This document shows positions 37,002 through 47,930 of a stretch of DNA of 64,000 nt, piece by piece. Below the pieces are notes generated by a model that worked only from the letters and a program-made list of their open reading frames with translations, did not search any database and was not told the DNA's origin. The translations under genes were made by a program, and so were the position numbers. The stretch's first letter is position 1. Every line of letters starts with the position of its first letter. The stretch is from Podarcis vaucheri. Lineage: Eukaryota. The stretch lies in NCBI GenBank assembly GCA_965113315.1, contig OZ220366.1. The stretch is one strand, 5' to 3'.

Positions 37002-37030
37002 CCTCTGTTTTGCACAGGCCCGAGAACTTT

Positions 37031-37078
<48 letters not shown>

Positions 37079-37480
37079 TTATTATTTATACCCCGCCCAT
37101 CTGGCTGGGTTTCCCCAGCCACTCTAGGCGGCTTCCAAAAGAATATTAAAATACTATGATACATCAAACATTAAAAGCTTCCCTAAACAGGGCTGCCTTC
37201 AGATGTCTTCTAAAAGTCTGGTAGTTGTTGTTCTCTTTGACATCTGGTGGGAGGGCGTTCCACAGGGAGGGCGCCACTACCGAGAAGGCCCTCTGCCTGG
37301 TTCCCTGTAACTTGGCTTCTCGCAGTGAGGGAACTGCCAGAAGGCCCTCGGTGCTGGATATCAGTGTCCGGGTAGAACGATGGAGGTGGAGACGCTCCTT
37401 CAGGTATACTGGACCGAGGCCGTTTAGGGCTTTAAAGGTCAGCACCAACACTTTGAATTGTGCTCGGAAACGTACTCGGA
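37031..37480 (-). mobile_element. Young 5'-truncated L2 LINE with (TAA)n tail on the plus strand
   Basis: Minus-strand ORF VRFRAQFKVLVLTFKALNGLGPVYLKERL...RAFSVVAPSLWNALP...FRRHLKAALFREAF; 3' UTR and tail at 37031-37163. Confidence 0.93.
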
Positions 37481-38334
37481 GTACGTTAGATGTGTAAATG
37501 CCTGGCCATTTTTTCATAATGGCTTGTGTTCAACTGGACTATCCAGGCTGGTTTGCAGAAGCCAGCCCAAGGAGTCATTGTCTGGCACAGTTCTGTAGAA
37601 TGCGTTTTTCTATCCTATCCTAAATATTAGCTAAATTCTAACATCCACTAATTTATTGGGTTGGTGTTGGGGATCTCCCTCAACAAAGGTATAACAATAT
37701 TATTGATGCCTATAAAGGAAGACAATCACATTTTTACTTGTATGTGATTTTTGCATAGCCGGGGATCAGATGCATTCTATTTGAATCACATTTTTGACAT
37801 CCACTATTTTTAAAAATTGAACTGCACACATTTGGGAACAATATCTAACTTTATATGTAAGTGACTTTTTGATCCTTAACAGGTCTTCCTTTTTCCATTT
37901 CTATGGATACCTCTAGCACGAGCATATCCTTCACTACCTTCCTGCTGTCTTATTTCTGGCCAAAATGTAAAGGCCCTGGAAAAGTCTTGTCAGTTTCATA
38001 TCCCCTTTAAAATGGCCTGTAAGAGCGCACCAGCACCAGGGCACTTAGGCTCCTATTGTGCATGCACTTCCCTGGGAATAAGCCCCTTGAACTCAATGGG
38101 TTTCATTTCCGAGAAAATGTGCATAGTAATATTTTATGCCTTTCTGATGAGTGTGCAAGGATCTTGCTGAGAGCTGTGAAATTAATATGCTGGTCTGACC
38201 TAACGAGGTAATTCTTATGTACTCGCTCTGTGGTTAAACAAAAGTGTGGCTTGAGAAAGAAATCTCTTCTTCATCTCCTTGCTCCCCTTTTCTTTCAATA
38301 GGAGAGTTTCTCCTTTAAATCTCTAAACTACCAG

Positions 38335-38610
38335 AAGCCTGTTCCACAGGAACTCAGAGCAGGGCTTTCAGTGTAGTAGCCCCTTTCTGCAGAAGAGTAC
38401 CCCCTTTGGGCTAAACCAGGCACCAACTGTTCATAGTTTCTGGAAACAATTGAAGACGTTTCTATATTGCTAAGCTTTTCCACTTACGGTAGGTGAAAAT
38501 ATCTTGGCCTCATTCTGTATTGTATTGTTGTTTTGCTTTAGTTGTATTGTTTTTAAAGATATTTTAAATGGTTTTTATGTAAATTGCTTTGAGACTAGTC
38601 TGGAACTCAT
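38335..38610 (+). mobile_element. Old L2 3' fragment; another L2 tail at ~38740-38825
   Basis: agcagggctttcagtgtagtagcccct (RAFSVVAP) ... ttgaagacgtttcta. Confidence 0.6.
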
Positions 38611-38972
38611 TGTAAGTAAGAAGATAGGGAGGCTGAGGACAGAGTACTTTATAGGGGACTGTCCCATTGGTCCCAAATGGAATCATCTCCACTACTTAGT
38701 GGGACTTCAGACTGAAGATGGGATTATCCAAAAGAGAAGCCTTTTTAATGTGTAATGTTTCATGGTTTATATATGTTGGAAGCTGCCCAGAGTGACTGGG
38801 GAAACCCCGTCAGATGGGGGTGGTGGTGATACAAATAATATGATGAGGATGATGTTCATACATGCTAGACCATATGAGAATGAGGATGCCTATTTTCTAG
38901 AACAGAAAAACTCTAAGCAACTTTCAATAATGAACATTAAAAACAAGGATAATAATGAAAGCTTATCATATT

Positions 38973-39100
38973 CAGAGGTGGAGCTGCCCACGGGGGCACT
39001 GCAGAGAGCATCCCAGGGGGCGCTGTGGCAATGTCATCCCCCCTCAGGGGGTGACATCCACGGCAGACCGTACCACCCACACCCCCTTCCTCCACTAGTG
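38973..39100. mobile_element. hAT MITE, same family as 33079-33327 in the opposite orientation
   Basis: 8-bp TSD atcatatt (38965-38972, 39101-39108); the reverse complement of its right end aligns with the left end of the 33079 element. Confidence 0.8.
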
Positions 39101-42100
39101 ATCATATTCATCTTCAGTGATGTACTTTATGTTTTACCTCCAACAAGCGTAGTTGTGCTGGTTGTTTTTCAAAAACCATATCCCTTTATTGGAAAAAGAA
39201 CAGCACCTGCCATATTCATAGATTTATGCTATTTTAAAACATTAAGAATGAGAGCACAGTGCCACACCTAGTCTCTTGTGAATAAGACCTACTGCTCACA
39301 TTTCACTCCCTCTATTTTTACCCAACTCAGTATTTTATCTCCTCAAATGCAGATTATGGGCGGCGGGGGGGGTGTTTATTAGGAAAACTTTCCATATCGC
39401 TTGTGGGTGGTATCCAAACTAGGTCACTTGTCCATGTACAATGATTTTATGTGACCTATGGCTTCCTTTGTGCTGCTTTTAAAAGGTCACCTAATGATGA
39501 CTCATATTCTTTCAGGCATGAAACTGTAGCAGAAAATGTGTGGGAGGGCTGATTATTCCATTTGTTATGTGTGAAATCACATGTAAGAAAAAGGAAGAGA
39601 GGAGGAGAAAGGGACCAATAATTTGAATCTACTCTAAATTATCACTGTGTAGCTAACAATATTGCCAGCTGCCCACCTGGCCTCTGTAGTTGTGCCTTTA
39701 GCAGCCGTTTGATATACAGGGATTGGCAGCTGAAACTTTTTATGGTACAGAGATAAACATGAAGTGCCAATGATCAAGGCCCAGGTTTTTTTTTTTAAAA
39801 AAAATATATTTTTATGAAAAGATTTTCTTGAGTGACAGTAGAACATACAGAATCTCTGTTTTCAAGTCAAAGAATCATTCAAACAAGTCAGTCATATTCA
39901 GAGTAAGACATTACTCTTATAGGCAATATGGGGTTGAGGGAAAAGAGAAGTGGGAAGAGAGAGAAGAACGAAAGGAGAGACAGTAAAGTTTCATTCTTTT
40001 ATATCGCATATGAGCAAAGCTTCTTGTCAGCATCATGCAAGCAGGCATTTTATTTTTGCTGGTGCTATGAGATACCATAGGGCCCAGAGTGTGGTTGGTT
40101 GAGGTGTTTTGTTTATGTATGTGTGGGTGGGTGGGTGGGGGTCTTGCTGGGTCAAGCTGACCTCTCTCTCTGTGCCACTTTCTCCAGTTTATAAACATAC
40201 CTAGAAGCCCAAAAAGGTTGGTCACCCCTGTGCTCAATTTTTGTTATTTTTAAATGGGTCAAGGAAATCACCGAATGTACCAATTTTCACTCCCTTGGTC
40301 ACAAACCAGACATATTCAGCAAAATTCTGACTTGTTTTGATTGGCTGCTTAGTTTGATTGACTTCGTTACAATTGTAAAAGTTCCTAAATTATTGGTAAA
40401 GGAACTCAAGAGTGGCTTGTGGGAGCCATGTGGTATGTCCTGGAGCAACCAGCATAGCCTCTTCACACGCTGAGCTTCTCAGGTAGACTGGGGGAGACAA
40501 TAAGCCTGATTACCTATTCCCTCCCAAGGTAAGGGAAGTGCACATAGCTAAGCCTGGCAGGACATCTTACTCTATGGTAGTAATCCCTCCATGCATTAAC
40601 TAAACTTAAGTATGTTGGTTATATGAGGCTGGTTATCCCACAATAACTGAGGGTAGTATACTATCTGCCTTGTGGTCCATCATCAGTTCCAACTCATGTT
40701 GATGCTTAACTCCAGTTCATACTGAACAACTCTCCATCCCCCAGCAGCCAAGTCAGCCACTGATTTAACTAATTGGTTTGCTTGTTGGTAAGCCCAGCAG
40801 GAAAGCCAAAGCCTGACAGAGCTTTATGACTGAATAATCCTTGGCTCCCATAGGGCATGATGGAGGCAGATTGTGAAAGCACAATAGGGAAGTCTTTGCT
40901 CCAGCATGGTGCACATTGCAAGCCATTCCCAAAATAATCAGAAAGCTTGCATCTCCTGGGTTATTACTCTCACACTTACAATCAATACATTCACTTTGAA
41001 AAGTAGAGACTTCCTGCAGAAAATCTAATTTGATGGCAGAAATAACTGCAGTGTCTGATTATCCAACTTGAAATAATCTATATTTGAAGGACCAGTGATG
41101 TTAATGTGTATCCACAAAAGCTAATTAGGCACAGGACTTTTCTGTATGATCAATCAAAGCATGCCCCATCCCAGCCACACAATTCCCCCTTTTTGGTGAA
41201 GTGTAATATTCCATCTACATTGCATACATGAGAAGGATGCAGCCTTGCTGCAAGCGATAGCTTTGTTGCTGTTTGTCTGCTCCAATCCAGGGGAGCAATT
41301 TAGGGAGTGTAGGGAAAACAAAACCACCCCACCCCCATGTTTTAGGGTTTCATACAATTCTTCCTCAATACCTTCTTTATGCTTACTTGTTCTATACACT
41401 ACCTGTCCAGACTATATAGAGGAAGGAGAAGGGCGTGAGATCACATGTGCTTGACATCTACACACTTATGATAAGGTCTGAAAGAATTCCAGTGTATACA
41501 CACAGAGGCCTTTCTTCATGCAGCTAGAATCCCTGTAAAAGCAGAGTTGTGGTCCCAGTCACAGCGCCACCCTCCCAGTGCAGTGGCTATAGCTAAGGTG
41601 AAATGAACAAACTCAAGCTGGCAACAATCTGGGCTAAAAATGGCCACATTGATTCCAGGGATAGGTGGATTTTGACTTAGGCATTGGTTATATATCTGAC
41701 GTAGCCTCCTGCCAGAGGGCTGAAATTTTTTGACAGGGTTGTTCCAAGGAGTATGGCTTCTGCAAGACACCAAGCTACTGAGGTGGCTCTGCTAGGCCAC
41801 TGCTGGAAGCTCTACGACCCATCTGCTCCACATTTGGCTTCTGGACAGAGACTTCCACCAAGACCCCTATAAAAGGGTATCTTGAATATGCTGCTTATTC
41901 AGATCTGGGTGATGCACCACTTCACCCAAAAGTTTGATGACTAGGTTTCCACCCAATGCCTTAAATGTCAAAAGTTGTGATTGGCCCGTTTGAATTCAGG
42001 ATTTGGGTGGGCAGTCCTGCCCTGCAGAACAGCTGGTTGGAAAGATTATCAGCCGCCAGCTAAGACTGTGTGGCCCAGCTGCCAGGAACTGTGGCCAATC

Positions 42101-42660
42101 CATGAGGGGCTACAACAGCTGCCCACCCATGGAAAGAGCTTCATGTGCACACATTTATACACTATGGAGCTCTTTCAGATCTTACCATAAATGAATGAGG
42201 GTCAGGCGCATGTCTGATAAGGGCTACAGTGTAAGGACATTATAGGAGATCTGCTAGATCAGCCCAAAGGCCCAGCAAGTCCAGCATCCTGTTCTTAGAG
42301 ACCTGGTTCTCATGTAATGCTAAGTCAAAACAGGGCTTAGTGTGGTGTGAGAGTTGCAGGCTCCTGAAGAGGAAATCTTGGCCATTCAGCTCCTCCTACA
42401 GCCCTGCTGCTCTTCTGCTGCTGTGAGCTAAGCCATGACTTGGCTTAGCCTGTCACCTGAACCTGGGCTCATGGTTTGTCTCGCTTCAGACAAAACACAA
42501 GCTATAACCAAGCAGTAACTCTGGGAAAGGCAAATCACAAATCTGGGTTCAGATACCCCAAGACCATCTGTCTGGAGTATTATGCAGCAGAGGAGAATGC
42601 AGACCTTATCCATTCTTGTTGTAAGCATAGGGTCACATTGGAAGCTGTGCTAAATGCATA

Positions 42661-43027
42661 AAGGTAAAGGTAAAGGTACCCCTGCCCGAACGGGCCAGTC
42701 TTGACAGACTCTGGGGTTTGTGCGCCCATCTCACATCTATAGGCCGGGGGCCAGCGCTGTCCGGAGACACTTCCGGGTCACGTGGCCAGCGTGACAAAGC
42801 TGCATCTGGCGAGCCAGCGCAGCACACGGAACGCCGTTTACCTTCCCACTGGTAAGCGGTACCTATTTATCTACTTGCACCCGGGGGTGCTTTCGAACTG
42901 CTAGGTTGGCAGGCGCTGGGACCTAACAACAGGAGCGCACCCCGCCGCGGGGATTCGAACCGCCGACCTTTCGATCGGCAAGCCCTAGGCGCTGAGGCTT
43001 TTACCCACAGCGCCACCCGCGTCCCTC
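42661..43027 (-). mobile_element. Full-length young Sauria SINE
   Basis: Tail aaggtaaaggtaaaggta; B-box ggattcgaaccg; exact 14-bp TSD gtgctaaatgcata (42647-42660, 43028-43041); CpGs intact. Confidence 0.95.
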
Positions 43028-44574
43028 GTGCTAAATGCATAGATAGCAGCTATTTCAGGCTGAACAAAGTGTGTGTGTGATTTACATACAAACTGTAATA
43101 TGTAAGGAGTTCACAGCCAGGATTCCAATAAAAAAAAACCTTGCAATTAGCCTTAATAACTCTTCATCCTATGGGAGCCAATACGAGCCTTCCCACCCCA
43201 TAAAGCCAATTGCAATTTGTGGGGAGGTTATTTTCTTTAGCTTCCCAGTAGGGGAGAGGGGGAGTAACCCACCCTTCCTAAGCAATGCAGTCCTGATGAA
43301 AATCATCACCCTACACCTACAATTAAACTATTAAGCCAGCTTTGTTTCAGGCTTTGTATCTAATCTGTGCTGCTTTCTATTCAGCCTCCTTTGTCAATAG
43401 GTTAACACAGTACACTTGATCAGGAGGCTGTTGAGTGCACTTATTCTCCATCGAAACCAATGGGTTAGAAGAGCTTAACAGTGCATTTATGTCATCCTAC
43501 ATAACTGTCTTTCTGTGGTATGCATCTTGTTACAGCACAATGATCTGGGCTGAAAAAAGGTACTATGAAAGATTCTATAAGCATTGGGAAGGAAAGAGGC
43601 TCCAGTGTGCTCCTTTGCATTGTACTTCTTAAATTCTTGATGCTTTAAGCTAGATAATAGCATATGAGTAATTATGTTAGGAATAACGGTGCTGCCAGGC
43701 ACATGGATAATTTAGTAGATGGCAGAAGAATAAATGCTTGATATCTCTTCATAGTTGAAATCCTTTCGAAATATTATTTGAAGAGTTATCTTTGGAGAGC
43801 AGCCTGTGACTTTATTCTGTTTTATTTATAATAGTTATGTGTTTCTTATTGCCATGGTATGTAAATTAGTTTACTGCCACGAACAAATTATTAACTGTTG
43901 CTTTTCCAGCATCAGCATCATCAGTGGCGGTTCTTTGCATAGACCAAAATGGAGCAATCATGGTCGCAAACTCATTGCCCAGTTATGACACACAAGAAAT
44001 ACGGTAATCAGGCAGTTAGGGATATGTATAACTGGACTTCTTGTTTTCTGTTTTTGTTCCAACAAGGGTTGTTTTTAATGGTAGGCCATACCTGGATGGT
44101 TTTAATTTTGTGGATCTAGTTCACAAGTTCTATGATTCCAGTTACAATACGCAGGTGATATAAGGATACTCGAAAACTTCCTAATATTTGACAAATTTTA
44201 TCCTTTGACTCTACTAGCATATAGTACTGGGGTGAGAAACCTGTGGCCTTCCAGATGTTGCTGAACATCAACTTCACCCATCATCCCTGACCATCAGCCA
44301 TAACAACTGGGTGTGATGGGAGTTGGGAGTCTAACAGCTTCTGTAGGACCACAGGTTGAAGCTCCTAATCTATTAGATAGACAAGGGGAGAAGCATACAT
44401 TAAAATTCTAGCTTGGTCTTCAATGACTGCACAGTCGCTATTGGACTATGGAGTCACTACTGGACTTTAGAGTCAACTATTTCTTACTCTCAATTTCTGC
44501 CTGTAAAATTAAGGCATTGGGTTTTAGCTACACAAGACTGATTTGATGGTGAGGTAGCTAGAACTTTTATAGTC

Positions 44575-44800
44575 GTATATGATTATATGTCCCACTGATT
44601 TCAATAGCATTCATTTCATTTACAGTGCAGTCATATACAGTACATGTCTACAATGAGTTCATGGAACTTACTTCCAGGTGTGTGCATAGGACCACAGTCT
44701 TAGAATTGTACTCAAACATCCTGATGCTAGCTATGTTTGCTTGCAGATAAAACCCACTGGGTTCAATGGGCCTTTCTTTGAATGCATAGGATTAAGCTTC
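44575..44800. repeat. Cluster of short palindromic repeats with a ccca(c/t)tga-ttcaatggg core
   Basis: Three degenerate units. Similar units at ~1850-1920, 38050-38130, 47160-47260, 51310-51380. Confidence 0.55.
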
Positions 44801-47744
44801 AGTTTTACAAAGAGCTTTGTAAAAGATCAAGAATAGTAAATCCTTTACACTGGCCAGTTGGCCAGAATTCCTAGATATGAAAGCGAATGCCACTATCTTT
44901 TGCGAATGCCTTGAGCTTTGATATGAATTAATCTAATCTTTCTAAAAATATTCACAAGCTATGTTTTTATTTTGAAAGGGAAAGAAGATAAATAACCTTG
45001 ATATTGGAGGGAATCTTTCAAAGAGGGAACCGTTTCAAAAATAGCAAGAGTGACTAGGAGGCAGAACTATAAGCAAGTTTAGGCTCTGAGGTATCAAAGT
45101 GACTTCTTTAAATACCTATCTAGAGAAAGGAGAGAGTTTAATTTTGTTGATAAAATTAGATCAATTAATCAGCCAGACCCAGCAAAGGAAAAGCAGCTGT
45201 TATGACAAGAAACCTATATGTATTAGCAAGAGTGTTGTCCTTACATTTTTGTGAGAAATGAACGGTAAGCCAAGAGGAAAATATTTTAAACCTCATTGTG
45301 GGACTTTGGTGGGCAACTGAAATGTGTGCCATCTATCATTATTAAGATGAAACTATTAACCTACTGACAGCTTAATAACCATTTTTATGTTATAATAACA
45401 CAGGGCTCCATTGAGACCAGAGTTCCACAATTCTGGAGGCAGTGTCCATCATTTGTTGAGGAAATTGAACCTTTGTGTTGAACAAAATAGCTACAAAACC
45501 AAACATCCCAAGCCACTCACATTAGGCCTACTATATTGGGTCCTGGCTTAGCTTTCTTGCAAGTGAGCCAATTTAGTGCGCACTGCTCTGCTCTTGGGAC
45601 CACACATTACTTGCACAGAAGTATTGAGCGGAAAATAGGATTGATGAATCACACATTCAAAAAGCCTAAGTATTTCTGCAGTGTATGGGAGTTCAAAGGG
45701 TTGGTTTTCTTTTAAAATCAGCAACATGTCTTATGGTGGCAGAGGAATTGCCCAGTGATATCTAGGAGCCAGAATAGCTGATCCAGAAACATATTAGAGA
45801 ATCACTGCCAGTGAGTACCATACTATGCATTATGCAGAATGAGGGTTTGGCTGAGTTAGTAGGCAGCTTAGAACTATACTGGACTGCAACTGCAATGATG
45901 TAATTCTTTCTAGTGTTGTCCCACATTTAGGGGGTGGTGGAGGAGGAGGAGGAATGGTCTAGCAAGACCCTCTGTGGATGCAGCCATCTTTACTTCCATA
46001 TACGTACATGGTATGAAAAATAAGATGGCTGCATCTATGGGTTTGAAGTAGGCATGCATGGCTCATCTATCCAGGTGTCAGTGATACATGGTTAGCCCCT
46101 CCATCTATGATCAAATCATAGATAATAAATATCTGATTCTGGGCTGAACAGGCATATGATAACAGCACCACTAGTATCTATATTTTTGTCTCTGAAATGT
46201 ATGTGGCATACAAAATTTGATATGCCAAAGATGTCTGGCTAAAACTCTAATCCTCTTGACCACAGTCCAAGACAGATGGCCCCTACAAAGGCTGCATCCA
46301 AAACATCGAGGACTGTTGTGTAAATTAAAAGAGGTGCAAAGAGTTCCTCTTATTGCCCATCAAAAGTTGGCATATATTTACACCAAGAGAAGCTTACCTT
46401 AAAAGATGACCCCTTATTTTGTTTTCTCTTTGAGCCCAAAAGAGCAATAATTGCTTCGGGTAAAGGCCTTATACCAAAACACACACAGGTAAGATGCTGT
46501 GAAAACATTTTCAGAATTATTAAAATTAATGTACTGTAGTTGTATTTTTTGCTTTTAAATGAAAATCCGGTGAAACAGAGCAGTAGGAGAACACTGACTA
46601 ATAGGCAGCTGATTAATGTCCCTACTGTTTCATATTAAGGGCAATGGAGGGATAAATTATCATTTCCTGAAGCAGAATGGACCATGACAATAATGCAGAC
46701 AATAACATACTAAAAGGTAATGTAAAATATAAGCTATGGAATAAAATGAAAGATATCTGGAACCCCTTACTGAATACATGAATCTTAATGAAAGGCAATG
46801 TTATCCACTATCTTGTTCTGCTGCCTAAAATTGTTTGTCCCTTAAATCTGGAGCAGTGGGAGACAATGGACACTCATGAGCAATTTGGCTACACATTGAC
46901 ATTTACTTTAATCCACACCTATATATAAGGAGTGAGAGGAAACTGAAACTGATTTATTGCATAGCCTGAGAGTGGAGAATATAAGGTTGCCTGGGAACTC
47001 TCATGCATGTTAGAGGTTAGAGTGCAATTCCCATAGTGATGTCTGCTCTCCGTGTTTTGGTGGTTCCCCACATTCTTCCAGGTTGGGACTGGCTCCACTG
47101 GCATTTGCCCCCCTGAGGCCCTCCAGAATGGACTCAGAATGGCCCAGTAAAGGTGGCATTCAACTAAGTTTTCCTCAGAGTAAGCCCCTTAAAATTAATG
47201 GATCCCTGACTTAATCATATCCATTGATTTCAGTGGCCCTGCAGAGGTTGCCTCTAAGTAGGCAGCAGGCATGAAACAAAATGCAAACTAGAAAATACAG
47301 TAGGGAGACACCTTTCTTAGCCCAAGGACCCCATTCCCTTCTGTGCCACCTTCTGAGGACAGCATGCCAGTTGTGAGTGGGACCAGAGAAATGTGGGCCT
47401 AGCATGTATATTTTACAGTAGGCTGCTTTCTATATATACTATCACCCAGAGAAGCATTTGGCATTATCAGGATCCAAGGACACATTCTCGTCCGGCAAAA
47501 CCACTTGCAGTGCAAAGCAGAGCCAGTGATGGCTGTGGCCTGGGGAGAATTCTGAGAGCTGGATAGCACAACAATGTGCTCCCTCCCCTGGCAAAATTGC
47601 CTCCCATCCATGGAACACAGAAACGAAGACTAGGTAACTGCTAGAGACATACACACAAACCCAAGGAGTTGATTTGACTCAAAATACGCTCATGGTTGTT
47701 CCAGTGCATCTCACACCTTAGGGAAGATCTCATCCTGAAATATA

Positions 47745-47930
47745 GCAGCCAACTCCTAGAGGCTAAGGTCTTTTCACTCCTCCCAATAAAATATTTGAGG
47801 GGACTGGGCCCCCCAAAGTTGAGGGGTATTGCCATTCAAATGGTGCATGGACATCACATCATGTGATTGATTATGTGGGGTGGGGCTTACCTACCCTCCC
47901 CCCAATATTTTATTCAGGTTGGCACCCTTG
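47745..47930. mobile_element. Probable hAT-type MITE remnant
   Basis: cagccaactcctag...aataaaatatttgagggg ... ccccaatattttatt...gttggcacccttg (internal inverted repeat, gccaac/gttggc ends). Confidence 0.55.

Noticed and set aside
38762-39271. 169-aa ORF, the longest not assigned to a LINE
   Set aside because: It crosses an L2 tail and a hAT MITE, has no recognisable domain, and is a chance read-through.
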